The position numbers and the translations under genes were made by a program. Under the pieces are notes generated by a model. That model was not told the origin of the DNA, made no database searches, and saw only the letters and a list, made by a program, of their open reading frames with translations. From Podarcis liolepis (lineage: Eukaryota): 64,000 bases of DNA. Location of the stretch: the NCBI GenBank assembly GCA_965112155.1, contig OZ218102.1; one strand, 5' to 3'. This document shows positions 25,016 to 38,403 of this stretch, one piece after another (position 1 is the stretch's first letter; every line of letters starts with the position of its first letter).

Positions 25016-27488
25016 AGGGATTTGCAATCAACATGTACTGTTTTGCTCCTGAAAGACTGTGGAAGGGGCAGTTTCTGCCTGTGTGGCCTATGTAGCCATG
25101 GGTGAGTGTTTGTGAAAATTATTTCCTGCGTGTGTTGCACTGTTGAGCTGCATCAAAATGCTGGGGTTTGTCACAAGATCAAGAGGCGCAGCCATTCAGT
25201 TCAGCACCTGCTTTGCATGCAGAAAGCCCAAGTTCAATCTTCAGCAGCCCAAGGTAGGGCTGAGAAGGACCTCTCTCTGAATCCCTTCCAGTCAAAGTAA
25301 GCAGTAGTCAGCTAAAAGGACACAGTTGCCTTCCTCATGCATCAGTTTTCTATGTCCCACTGTTCTGTGGATAGGCATCGTGATGTAATTAGCAACTTGC
25401 GTACAACAGGCCTGTTCTTCGCACCGACTACATGCTTATGTATGTAGGTATCTGTTTGACATGTCCAGGTCGATGAAGACTTTGATCATAATAAGAAGTA
25501 GATAATGCAGAACTCAGAGGTACACTAAAATGGCTACATGCCCAGAGCAGGCCATTGCCAAGGGATCCATAAAAGGATCGTGCTTACAGTTCTGCATGCA
25601 TAGCGCAGTGATAATGTGCATACCTTGGGGGCGAGAGATCCCAGGTTGAGTCCTTAGCACCACCGGTTAAAAGCAACTCAGATACAAGGGACAGGACTGG
25701 AATGGGAAAGACTTCCGTCAGAAGCTTTGGATCAGAAAACACAGCATTGCCTGGGCTATGTGGAACATTTTCCTAATCTGAGTCAGACTATGGCAGGTTC
25801 ATACACATAGGGCTGCCATACATCCAGAATTTCCTGTACATATCTGGGATTCATCTGTCAGAAATTGTGGCTGGGCGGAATTTGCTAAGCTTGGTAAAAA
25901 TGTCAGGGGAAACCCAGGCATATGGCAACTCATGTTGAAAATGTTGACTTTTTGGCAAATTTCCTATAAAAAAACCCTGGAGATTTTGCAAAAAAAATAA
26001 AAATCTTAACAACTTTGGGCCAAAAAGAAAGAAGTAACCCTGTGGTAAGCCTAATACATCCCTAATACATCATTCTGAACAGAACTCCACATTAACCCAT
26101 TTGTGCACTGAGATTACTGAATCAGGCAGAAGATACATGAAATAAATTGTGGTGTGGCTCATTAGCTGAAAGCCAAAAAGGGGGGAAAGGAATTTTTGTG
26201 ATACTGCACAAGTCAGAATTCAACTTTCCTAAAAGTCAATACCCAAAGGCAACTACCGATGCAGTCTGTAACAAATGCTTCTGTATGTGTGGATTAGGAC
26301 AAGCACGAATACACTTCTTTTTGATGTTAGCTGCGTGCAGACTTCAACACCCTGAAGAAAATAAGCTAATGATTCACGTGCTGCAAAACAATTATTTGCG
26401 CTCCCCAACTGGGCCTCTCGGAAGACATTGCATGTGCATAACTTTCCATGTAGTTTGGCTGCTGTCCCAGTAGGACAATGAACTCGGAAATATGTGCCGT
26501 GGAGAGAGCTGGTTGCGCTTGATCATTTTCTATTACACAGCCTTGAACTTAAAAATACTGCTCATGTACCACAGAGGCAATGAACCTCGGCCTGCCATCA
26601 GAATTTAGACACCTGACATAGGCATAAACATAATTAAGACTTTAAAAATAAATAAATCATAGGGTGCTTCCAGATGACCTGTTTATTGCATATTCATCCT
26701 GATTGGTTTGCAGGGAGATTAACTGACGTTCTGTCGAAGTGTTATCCTTCACTTCCCAGTGCTTTATTTCTGTCACTTCCCTTATAGCAAAAAGTCTGAT
26801 CCTTTGGGGAAGTGAGTTCGTTGAACAAGATCTCCCACGTGACCTAGAGGAAGGGCCATAGCTCTGTGACAGAGAATCTGCTTTGCATTCAAAATATCCC
26901 AGTATCAATCCTCGGCATCTACATGTAAGGCTAGCAAAGACTTTTTGTCCAAAACTCTGTAGAGCTGACTCGCAGTCAGGGTAGAAAATGCTAAACTAAA
27001 CGGACCGGAAGCATCCACAGACATATGTATTTTTGGGGTGGTAGCTTAACTCTGTAGCATTTTGGTCTACCCCCAAACATGTTCCATGTGATAAACAAGA
27101 AAATATTTAAAGATCCTGTGTTCTCTGTAGCATACATTTGTAATGTGCAGTATAAATAGATAATTTTCCCCACCTCCATTTTAGGGACTCATTTGTGTAG
27201 GTGAAATAGCTTGAGATTTAAGCTTTTCATGAAAGAGGAAACTGAAAAATGCACTCCTTGGGGATTAAAAACTAAGTGTGTTGAAAATATTTATAAGTAC
27301 AAGCATATGACAAGTATGCCTCCAGCAAGGCTTCTTGACAAAATGTTAGGCCCAGTGGGAACACAGCATTGTTACCTCAGAGGAGCTACAGCAACAGGTA
27401 GCGTTCCATACAAAAAGTTCTACAGCCATATATAGTGGCCCATCAGGAGTCCTTTATCTGTTTATGTCATCCCACAAGGATTGTCAAG

Positions 27489-27661
27489 NNNNNNNNNNNN
27501 NNNNNNNNNNNNNNNNNNNNNNNNNNNNNNNNNNNNNNNNNNNNNNNNNNNNNNNNNNNNNNNNNNNNNNNNNNNNNNNNNNNNNNNNNNNNNNNNNNNN
27601 NNNNNNNNNNNNNNNNNNNNNNNNNNNNNNNNNNNNNNNNNNNNNNNNNNNNNNNNNNNNN
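27489..27661. other. Assembly gap (173 N)
   Basis: Run of n characters. Confidence 1.
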
Positions 27662-30286
27662 AGCCATGTAGATGTTTTAGGCAAATGCATTCTAGGTTCA
27701 GGCTCCTACTTGGAAATGATGCTGAGCCTTCATTTACTCTCTTATAGGCTCTGAGATAATTGCTTCCTTCAAAATGAGATGTAATTACTCCCTCCCATGC
27801 CTAAAGAAACAGCCTGACAAAAAGCAAGTTATCCATGCTCTTCCTACAAGAGCATTTCGTCATTCAGTTGGCGAGAGGTGGCTCCTTCTCTACTGAGCAA
27901 GGTTGCCGCTCGCTTGCTTGAACAAGTGTGGCCAGATTTATTCCTTTGTTCTGCGGGCTTTGCCCCACACCCCATCATGATGCGCCTCAGTGCCTTCTCA
28001 GGTTGTTTCCACACACAGCTGCTTCTCCCACAGGCAAAGCCATCTCCAGTCTGTTGGCTGTCACAGGCAAGAGGCCTGCAGTCCCTGTTGAAACCACACT
28101 GCTCTCTCGCTTGTAAAAAAAAGTATTGGACAGGTTATAGGATGGCTTTTCTTCTTGTTTAAAAGCTGGGTGCAAAATAAATTTGAGGTGTGCACAGTCT
28201 ATGCAGATCATCCATCATATCAAATATATGGCTTCTTGTTTAGAAATTCACTGACCTCCATGAGATACTGAGGGGAGGGAAAAGCTTTCCCAGACTTTGC
28301 CCAGGATTCAAGTCCTCAGGTTCACCCATGAATATGTACTGAAGACAGGTTTGGGTCTGGATATATGTAAGTTCATTTATTCTCCAGGGACTCCATGACC
28401 AGTTAAGGTCTACCACTACCTCAACAGCTCCTTATTTTCCACAGAGCACCCCAAGAATGTCAAAAGCATCATGATAAAATTCTTGGTTTATATGAATAGA
28501 AAGAAAGAATTGAATAGCATAAAATTACACATTGCGTGCATATAGTTGCATACCTGGCCATCCCTATATGAATATCCTCTTCTTTTTGTGGCATGTGGTA
28601 AGCCCTGGGGTTTAAATAAGGGGCTGCCAGCTCTGCAACTGTAGACAGCTGACCTCAGTTTGAACCTGACTTATTTTTGCGCATGGCGCTTGTAAAGTGA
28701 TAACTGGAGTGGGTGAGGGTTAATTTTTTTTATGATGCAGGTATGTTTAAAGTACAGATCTGCCAGTGCTAAATGCAGGAGGTGTTTTGAAATTCAGGGC
28801 TGCTGTGTTTCTGTGCCCCCGAAATAGTATCTGTAGTAGCTCACAGAAAAATGGCAAAGCACAAGAGCTGAAAGTCTCTGTTCATAATATTTTTTTTTAA
28901 AAAAATTATTCATGCCTGGCAGCCCGATTCCATCCAGGGAGGAAACCCTGCCAAAGTAAATAATTCCAGAGAGCACCGGAGATAAGAAAGAGGCAAAGGA
29001 AGGGGTCTTAGCAGAAATTACTGGGCTATAAAGAATAACAAGAACTTCAGAGAGGTTAAATCTTACTTGCAGATATAGAAGCCTCCAACAGACAGCTAGT
29101 GTGCTTAATTCAGGCAATGGGGAGGTATTGGAGACACCCACCATTTGACTCTCTTTGCATTCAAGTTTCTGGGGAGGGGGAGGAATGAAAGGCAGTGTCT
29201 AGACTTATCAAAAGACCTCTGAGCTGTAGATGCAGACCTACATGGTTCCAGCAAAATTCCAGCTGCTGTTTGCATCTTGGTAACCTCCACGGTTACTGTA
29301 AGGATTAAAAGAATTAACAAAATTCCATAGAAACTTTGTCTTGAGGAATGCTAAGTACTGAGTTTCTTTTGGGGTGGGGTTCCTACTTACTGTGGATGTA
29401 CTTATTAAAATGAAGGTAATTTAATAAAGATGATGAAAGTGTCCTTTAAAATATTATGATAAAGCAGGCTGAGAAAACTTGTTTTAGCAAGAGAGACGCA
29501 ATCGCTTTGGGGCAATCTTTGCGGGTCAGGTGGGGTGTTACATGCTAGCAAGGGGCAGGATCCAAACCAAAGGTGATGCCAGGGAGCAAAGCTGCATGCA
29601 ACGTGCTTTCACAGCCACACCACATTAACACAGCTCATGCACATAAATTCATCTGCGCATCCACACCTGTGACCTAGATGCTTTTGGACTGCTATATCCT
29701 CTGTGAAAGTGTGTCAACAGAATTTTGTTGTTTTTCTTCAGTGGTACTCCATATTTATTATATATATATTTTACTTCTTTCTGACTTAAATTCAGTTGTA
29801 TTCCAAGGGCTTTGAGCAGGTGGCTCCAAGGCTGTTTTATGAGATAAAGCATGGAAAGATCCCCATTCCCAGGACCTCACAGTCTAAATATTCATAAGAC
29901 ACAGAAAGCCAAGGCACAGAAGAGGAAGCACCAGCTCAGCAGCATCTGAATTTGAGTAGATAATAGTCACGGCATAATGTGGTACTTAGGCTGAAGTCAC
30001 ACAATAATTTCAGAGAGCTGGAAGTGGTCTGAAAGAGGTGTGTCTTCTTCTGCATCCATATTTTATTTGTCCCACTGTCATCTCTGATCAAACAGGGTTG
30101 GTAAGGTTTTAACCTGTTTAGCTGAGGGGTTCAGCATACATAGTTTCCCAACAACACTGGGGTTTTTTTTATCTAGTTACATTGAATCGCATTCTATCAT
30201 TTCATACTTCCCCCTATTGCTTTCCCCACTTAAATTTATTTTCTCATTCTTCTCCCATGGAAACAGTCATTTTCCCATTTCCAATA

Positions 30287-30461
30287 CAGTGCTACTTCGG
30301 GTTAATAACTTAATTCGTTCTGGAGGTCCGTTCTTAAGCTGAAACTGTTTTTAACCCGAAGCACCACTTTAGCTAATGGGGCCTCCTGCTGCCGCTGCTA
30401 TTTCTGGGTTAGTGGAGTCTGTAACCTGAAGCGTATGTACCGGTAACCTGAGGTACCACTG
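30287..30461. mobile_element. Tigger/pogo-like MITE family A, copy 5 (internal deletion)
   Basis: TA TSD and TIRs present; lacks the central gatttctgttctcatcctgaagcaaagttc segment. Confidence 0.88.
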
Positions 30462-31266
30462 TACCTGCAAAGAAGCAGACTGCAGGGGGAAAGCACCGAG
30501 AAGGAGCTGCAGACAGGTTTGTTCCCTACTACCATAACAACCTGCATTGTTGATATAATTCATTCCTGTAAATTAAGCACGATTATAACACACTGTATCC
30601 CTCCTAAGTATTTAGACACCAAGCTAACACTAGCCGGTTCCATATACACTGCTGATGACAGAGAAAGGTTTTGTAAACTAACCAGAAAAAGAAGAAGGCC
30701 CAACCATTTTAAATGCCTTTCTAGGCCTCTAACAGATGCGTGGTCTGGAGAAATCAGCCAATCAAGCTTTTTACTACATAGAGATGCAAATCATTGCCTG
30801 CTAACATCAAATCAAGCTGCTGTTAAAGGCATTAAAACAGGTGACAGCTCCTCCAGTGAGGAGGCAGTTGCTTAATTTAGATTCTGCAACACTGGGGGAG
30901 GGGAGTAGGGCAATTTTATACATGAGGTTTAAATTAGCGTTTCCTTAAGTTAGCACACGTGGTGAAAGTAAAACCCATGTTGGCTGTAATGCACATGGAC
31001 AGTACAATCCCATGTGTGGAAATAGCACTGTGTTCAACTGGCCTTACTTCCTCGTAAGTGGGTTTAGCATTGTAGCCTTATAGCACCATCTCCTACATGT
31101 TTACTTGGAAATAATTCCCATATGAATTTGTATCTTTTTGACTAAAATGTGGATTGTTGTTTTATTGCAACCCCTTAGTGTTTCTTGATATTGTTGTTCA
31201 CACCCCAGTCTCTAAGGTTTCAGGAGACCCAGCCTCTTCCTTTCTCCACCTACTTGAAGCAAAGTA

Positions 31267-31507
31267 CAGTCGTACTTTGGAAGTCGAATGGAATCCGTTC
31301 TGGAGGTCCGTTCAACTTCCAAAACATTCGGAAACAAAAGCACGGCTTCCGATTGGCTGCAGGAAGCTCCTGCAGCCAATTGGAAGCCCCATAGGACATT
31401 TGGCTTCCAAAGAACGTTCTCAAACCGGAACACTCACTTCCTGGTTTGCAGCGTTCGGGAGCCAAAACATCCGAGTACCAAGGCGTTCGGGATCCAAGGT
31501 ACGACTG
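31267..31507. mobile_element. Tigger/pogo-like MITE family C (short form)
   Basis: TA-CAGTCGTAC(C/T)TTGGA...TCCAAGGTACGACTG-TA; internal palindrome gcttccgattggctgcagga/tcctgcagccaattggaagc. Confidence 0.88.
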
Positions 31508-31883
31508 TAAGAGACTGATACCATTTCTGTAAGACAAGCTTTGCACAACTGAGCATAAAATGGAAGGTTCAGGATTAACGCTCCAACATGTTCTGCTCCT
31601 GCATTAGTTTTCTAGGGTAGTCATGAAAGATTTCTGACAGAAAGCAAGCCTCTGTGCCTGTATTTTAGACTCCATATCCAGGACTGCCGGTCTTTATTCT
31701 CTTCTACATAGAGAACCTTGATGGTTTTGTCTCCAGGAAAGGGAGGGGAAAGAAATACACCCTTCCAAAAGAATATCCAGCTACTAGCTATGTGCAGCAA
31801 CACATCACCTGTGCTTCGCCATCTCTTTACTTACTGCAAGGGCAAAACACCTGGCAACATAAACTGCTTTGTCTCTTTTTAAA

Positions 31884-31885
<2 letters not shown>

Positions 31886-31941
<56 letters not shown>

Positions 31942-31965
31942 CTGTGTGTGTGTCTGTGTGTGTGT
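31886..31965. repeat. (CT)n(GT)n compound microsatellite; other (GT/AC)n at ~23997-24027, 37909-37945, 40366-40397, 41800-41848
   Basis: Direct reading. Confidence 0.95.
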
Positions 31966-32991
31966 GGTCCCTCCCTGCCCCCCGCCCCCAAAATAAATTT
32001 TGTAACTCTGGTCTCTTTTTACAACCAGAGTCACAATATTTTTGGGTTGGGGGAGGGACCACAAAAACCCATTTAGTCCAACCCCAATCTCATTATGATA
32101 TACTGTTTTAAGAACTGTGTACTGGTCATTAATCAAAATCCAATGCTTGTTTGCTCAGAAGTAAATGATTAATCCCATTGTGCCTAACTTTGAGGTAAGA
32201 ATTTTGGATTGGATTGTCAATTTCTCCTCAGCATTCCTTCATGTATTAGCAACTTTCATAGCAGACGATGGTGTTTTTAGTGTGGCAGTGGTCAGGTGGC
32301 TGTTCTTAACTTTAGCGTAGGTAATTCTGTGATAGTTTGTTCTTCACTTACGCCAAAGCAAGGCAAACTTTTTTTGCACAGATTGCTATGGATTCTGTTT
32401 CTCGATCTGTGCAGCTCTGATCGCTTTGACGCAAGGCTTGTTGTCAGCTGCAAGGCAGACTAATTTAGCTACAGAAGATGAGTCAACCTTTGTTTTGTCA
32501 TTTTTGCCTTTCTGGCTCTTGTACAGCTTCTGACCACAGTTCAGCCGACAACACATTCTTGGAGGTAATTGCAGTCCTGTTAAAGGGAGTAAGGGAAGTT
32601 CTGTGGTTAGGCCACAGAAATGTGTCAGGAGATTATCTGCACACTTGCTTCTCAGAACAATCTCATTGATGCTTTAGGGGCTTCTGTATAATAATAATGT
32701 CTCACCTGCTCCAATTGAATCTATCCCCCTACTGAGCAAACTAGGCTGGGTATGCTCTCTAAATCCCTAATGCACATTAGAAACACGTTTTCCCTCTCAA
32801 AGAATTCTAGGCACTGTAGTTTGTTACGGGTCGCTTATAATTATTACTCTGTGAGAGGTGGACTACAGGTCCCAGAATTCCTTGAGGGAAAGACTCTGTT
32901 GCAAATGTGCTTTATAGAGTGCGCACAGCCCAAGTTTCTAGAGTTTGCCACATTTACACCTAGAACTTGCAGACTGCATATTATTGTTGTT

Positions 32992-33055
<64 letters not shown>

Positions 33056-33151
33056 TATGCACCGATTCAAGAATGATATGTACTGCAACAATACAAATGC
33101 ATACCTTTAAGATACCTAGACACTGAGGGGGGAATTAATTTTATGCAAATA

Positions 33152-34507
33152 TCATGGTACCTTGGTTCTCAAACATAATCCATTCCGGAAGCCTGTTCCA
33201 ATGCATTCCAAAACCAAGGCGCTCTCTCCCATAGAAAGTAATGCAAAATGAAAAAAATAACATGAATTAAAGGTTTTGTTTTGTGAAAGATTTGGAAAGA
33301 AAGGAGGCGCTCTCTGTGACCCAGCAAGAAATGTGACCCAATATGGACAGGCAGACCTTTGCTGCAAGATAGATGGTCTTAGGGAGGAAGAGCCGTGGAT
33401 CGGTTATCAGGCTGGGATCATAAATTTGAAAGGGCTGTTATCCTCCTGGAGAGACTAATTATGATGCAGCGGGTCTGGAAAGTTAATGAGCGGACATTTA
33501 GACTGTATTTCATCGGAGTGACAAGATGGCGAATGTTTGCTCGAACAAAAGCCTGGACTATTGGATTTCTGTGAGAGATCTACGAGAGAGCATTACAAAG
33601 CCCACACAGAGATATAAATAAGACTGTTTCTTTCAATCCACTTGTGGAGAGAACTCGGAGGTGACTGAAAAGGAAAATGAGTAACGACAAAGAGTTGAGA
33701 AGATGGGACTGAAAACATCATTGTAAACATGAAAGCAGCAGAAATATGGATGATTGGACTCCTGATGATCGCGAAGCATGGGTACCCCCCACAAAAAAAT
33801 TTAATTTGGAAAACATTTGGACTTTATGATGTGTATTGATACAATTTGGACTAATTGGTATGATATGTTTAATTTGGTAAATGGAAACTTAATAAAAATT
33901 ATTTTTTTAAAAAAAGAAAGTAATGCAAAATGAATTAATCTGTTCCAGACTTTTAAAAACAACCCCTAAAACAGCAATTTAACATGTATTTTACTATCTA
34001 ACGAGACCATTGATCCATAAAATGAAAGCAATAATCAATGTACCATACTATAAAGTAAATAAAACAGTATTGTAGATGATAAAAATTAAAATTATTATTT
34101 CTTCTTACCTGCACTGATGATAGTCGATGTTTGGATGGGAGGCTTTTATCCATTTCCGCAATCACACAATCAGTAGCTGAACAGGGTTCCACATAGTCAC
34201 AAAAAAAAAATTTAACCGAAAAAGCCTCAAAAACAAAAACGCAAAATAAATAGCAAAAACAAAAGCACCAGACTTAATCCATTCTGGAAATCCATTTGAC
34301 TTCCGAAATGTTTGAAAACGAAGGTGCAGCTTCTGATTGGTGCAGGCACTCTGGAAACCATAGCCGACAGCCGCATTGGACGTTCAGCTTCCAAAAAGCG
34401 TTTGAAAATTGGAACACTTACTTTTGGGTTTTTGGTGTTTGGGAATCAAGGCATTTGAGAACCAAGGTGTTTGAGAGCCAAGGCATTTGAGAACCAAGGT
34501 ACTACTG
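33152..34507. mobile_element. Tigger/pogo-like non-autonomous element family C (long form), interrupted by a retroposed insert
   Basis: Ends tggtaccttggttctcaaa ... tttgagaaccaaggtactactg; the right ~230 bp align with 31267-31507. Confidence 0.8.
33253..33914 (+). mobile_element. L1-type retroposed insertion (662 bp)
   Basis: Perfect 20-bp TSD AGAAAGTAATGCAAAATGAA (33233-33252, 33915-33934); AATAAA at 33891-33896 followed by an A-tract. Confidence 0.85.
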
Positions 34508-36269
34508 CACCATAAAAGTTCTTGGAGTGGGGCATACAGTGGCAAAGCCAAGGGAAAGCTCATTTACTACCATAACAGCCTTAGAGACCCATAGCAAATA
34601 AATGAAACAGAATAAAATCCATTCATAGTATTCACAACAAAGGGCAACACAACCTAAGATCTCTGAGCAAACATTCTCAACAGGAGGGAAACTGGAAGAC
34701 AATTTCAAGGTGGGGGAAACAGATAGTGGGGAAAGAATGGAGCATCTTCCTCCCCACCATTCCTCTCCCAATTTCAGCCTCCCAATGCCACCTTTTATTT
34801 TTTTTAATCAAAAGAATGCAGTGCACATCATATGTGGTTTCAGCCTCTGTCACTGGGGCTAAATAGTAGCAATGGTGACGTCCCCCCTCCTTCCTTCCGC
34901 TAATGTTTTTAGATCCAGCGTTAGCAGTTTATAATTTTGGCAAATTAGTTGAGTATGTGGGTGAAGAATGGGGACAAGGCAACAATAATGCAACAGGTAT
35001 AATCCTCCCACTCCTGCTCCATAAATTATACATTGACTTTGGGAAGTGAGTGCCATTCTTGCAGTCAAGTCAGTCTTCGATTTCATAAAGGCAGGTTTGT
35101 AAATCTCTTTGGAAAAAGACGCAAGCTGTGTAAAGAAGCAAAAAAGTAAATTCTATGTGAATAAGTTTTCCAAGACCAGTTATATACAAAGATGCAGATG
35201 AAATGGAGCTTTTTGTTTGTATCGATTTCTGCTCATGCAGGCCTGTGCGTAGATTTAACATTTAATTATATGGGGGGGGGGGGGTAAAGCCAGCCAAAAA
35301 CTGTAATTAGATTCCATGTACTGCAGAGATATTTCTGGAGATAATCGTGTGGTGGGAGAAGAAGCAATTCATGCAAGGTCTGTGCCCAAATGTAGATTTA
35401 TGAAACACAAACTGTAGGGGCAGAGGGACATGTGTGCTATTTTCTCCCATCTGAATGTAATTTATATTTTTGTATGAATATTTTAATAGTATGCAAATAT
35501 TGCACTCTAAACTGAAGCACCAAACAAATTCCCCAATAGAGCAACTGCTACAAATGATCACAACTTAATACTGCAGAATTAATATAGGACATCTTCTTTC
35601 TCCCATTATCAAGGAATAGGCTAATCTCCAACATCCTAAACATTTCTGCTTACATATCCGTCTTGCAACATTCAACAGTGGGCTGTTTCTGTGGTGTGAG
35701 CATAGTATAGTGTTTTCTGGTGGCATGTACTGGAGGAGTCAAATGAGCTGTGCCCCTGGCACGTGTCTGTTCAGTTCTTTTATTATTAGACTGTAAATGT
35801 ACAGGGTAAGAACCAAAGAAATGTTTGTCAAATTGAGGAGCCGCATAACTCCATGGCAATCTGCTGCAATGCACTTTTATTTAAAAATCATGTGTACGAT
35901 CACTTCCTTGCAAGGTTCTTATACACACACACAAACACACTATATCCTTGTTCCAAATATAGGCTCGGTGTTGAGGGATACCTTTTCTCCTGCATGTGGC
36001 AGCCTCTTATATGAATTGAATGATGGTAAACGACATCGCACCCTCTGCTCATGGTGGGATCCTTAAGATGGTCAATTTGCCATGAAAATGGAGCTCCCTG
36101 ATTAAGGGCAGAAAACAGACACCACTAGCAGACAGGGATTGCAATTTACAACCCAACAGGGGGAGCTGTAGCAATGATGTAAAACTCTGAGCAACGACTT
36201 AAGCAAAGAATCATTGGGTCTAGTGCACTGAAGGAGGGCAGTGTTGGAACTCTTAATTCCATATAGGTC

Positions 36270-36582
36270 CAGCAGCGGAGCAAGTTAATCAGGCGCCTGG
36301 GTCAGGGCCAGCTGCCCATGGGGGCACTGCGGGGCCTCCGAGGAGTCTGCCTGCCTCCTCCCACTCAGCTGCCCTACAGCTGAGGGGGAGGCAATGGGCG
36401 GACTGTTTGGGGCAGTGTGGAGCCTGCAGGCACTCAAGCCACCGCGTCACTCCCAGGAGAGACTCGTGCCTCAGGTGCGCTGCAGGCCCCGTGGTGAGTG
36501 CTGCCCACCATTTTGTCACCCCTCCTCAGTAGGGACACCCAGGACAGGCCTCACCTACCACACACCCCTTGCTACGCCCCTG
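36270..36582. mobile_element. GC-rich hAT MITE family D
   Basis: Imperfect TIR cagcagcggagcaag / cttgctacgcccctg; 8-bp TSD tataggtc/tataagtc. Confidence 0.8.
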
Positions 36583-36706
36583 TATAAGTCTCCTCTAAAT
36601 CATGGATAATTTCTGTTGTTATATTGTATTTTATGTTGTGAACTGCCATGAGCTCTACAGATGAAGGGCAGTATAAAATAGTAATAGCAATAGTAATAGT
36701 TACGGA

Positions 36707-37082
36707 AAAGGTAAAGGACCCCTGGACGGTTAAGTCCAATCAAAGGCAACTATGGGATGCAGTGCTCATCTCGCTTTTCAGGCTGAGGGAGCCGTGTTTG
36801 TCCACAGACAGCTTTCTGGGTCATGTGGCCAGCATGACTGAACCACTTCTGGCACAACAGGACACCATGACGGAAACCAGAGTGCACAGAAATGCTGTTT
36901 ACCTTCCCACCGCAGCGGTACCTATTTATCTACTTGCACTGGTGTGCTCTCGAACTGCTAGGTTAGCAGGAGCTTGGACAGAGCAACAGGAGCTCACTCC
37001 GTCATGCAGATTCAAACCACCAACTTTCTGATCGGCAAGCCCAAGAGGCTCAGTGGTTTAGGTCACAGCGCCACCCGCTTCC
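36707..37082 (-). mobile_element. Sauria SINE (different, more diverged subfamily) inserted in a (TAA/TAG)n LINE tail
   Basis: Aligns along its length with 17906-18258, with diagnostic differences (gacggttaagtcc, gtttgtccacagacagc). Confidence 0.9.
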
Positions 37083-37906
37083 TTTAATAATAGTAATAAT
37101 AAGCCCCTCCCAACTGTCCCCCAGACAGCCGCTTGAGGCAGTTGCCTAACCAAGCCTCCTGGTTTTACTCCACATTTGTAAAATAACTGCAAGGAAGGGG
37201 AGAAAGACAGCATCAGTGAAGTGAACTCATATCAGTGTGTCTGACCCATGAGGAATCGGGAAGGCTGTCATCACTTAAGCCTCAAGTTTTAGACCTGTTG
37301 GGTAAATTTCAGAGATAGGAACTCTTAGCTCATGCCACACGAAAAGTTGCTGAGCTCATGAAACTCTAGAGATCTAATGAGCTCCTGCTCTTGACATTGT
37401 TTTCTACTTATAGTAACTGGATGATGTCCAAGTGCCTTATCCCCTTTGCTGCTGCAATTCTATGCTCCACCGAGAACTTGGCTTGGAAGAGACTCTGCAT
37501 TCCTTTCTGACTCCCCTCACAGACACTCAGCTCAGGGCTCAGAATAAATCCAGCAGCTATTAACACTTTGCAGTCTCTGTGTCTGCTTTCCCTCTTTTTA
37601 AAACAATCGTCTGTCAGCAGGGTGACCTGTGAGGGAAGCCTGTGCTCCCCTTGCTAGGTTGGGGTGAAGGCACTGCCAGCTTCTTTCTCCAAAGTGCCAG
37701 GGAGTCTGGCCACTTGCTATGTTTTCCCTGGGATTGATTTAAAGTCCAGTTGCCTGCAGTAGCCCCCCATGAGATGGTTCCGGACTGAGAACCACTGTTA
37801 AAACTGATATTTCCCCAGTGTTTTCATACAGTTGCATTTCATAAGCCTGAATGAAAGCATTAATACAACAATTGGTAATATGAATCACTTAGTTGGTGAA
37901 ATCTAC

Positions 37907-37947
<41 letters not shown>

Positions 37948-38162
37948 CTTTATAAGATTTTAATCTAAGCTTTCCTCTCTAGCTGTATGCTCAGGCTTTT
38001 GGCTCTGAATTTAGATCATAATGTGGTATGAGTTATGGCCTGTTTTTTGTGTTTGCCCTTTTTATTATTGTTGGTGGATGAATGTTTTTATTTACGTTGT
38101 TTTGGGGTGTTTTTGTTTAAAGTTGCTTTGAGACATTTCATAAAAAGTGAAGAATGAGTATA

Positions 38163-38403
38163 CAGTGGTACCTCAGGTTAAGTACTTAATTCGTTCCAGA
38201 GGTCCGTACTTAACCTGAAACTGTTCTTAACCTGAAGACCACTTTAGCTAATGGGGCCTCCTGCTGCCGCCGTGCCGCCGGAGCACAATTTCTGTTCTCA
38301 TCCTGAAGCAAAGTTCTTAATCTGAGGTAATATTTCTGGGTTAGCGGAGTCTGTAACCTGAAGCGTATGTAACCTGAAGCGTATGTAACCTGAGGTACCA
38401 CTG
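38163..38403. mobile_element. Tigger/pogo-like MITE family A, copy 6
   Basis: Perfect TIR CAGTGGTACCTCAGGTTA; TA TSD. Confidence 0.93.

Noticed and set aside
24735-25140. Homopolymer-rich ORFs (poly-L/I/R/K/S/Y); similarly at 19132-19757, 31792-32136, 32752-33126, 61745-62007
   Set aside because: Translations of microsatellites.
27435-27754. ORFs containing X runs
   Set aside because: Artefacts of the N gap.
38340-38403. Regularly spaced 16-bp repeats (gtaacctgaagcgtat) resembling a CRISPR or iteron array
   Set aside because: Subterminal repeats of a MITE with no unique spacers; vertebrate DNA with no cas genes.
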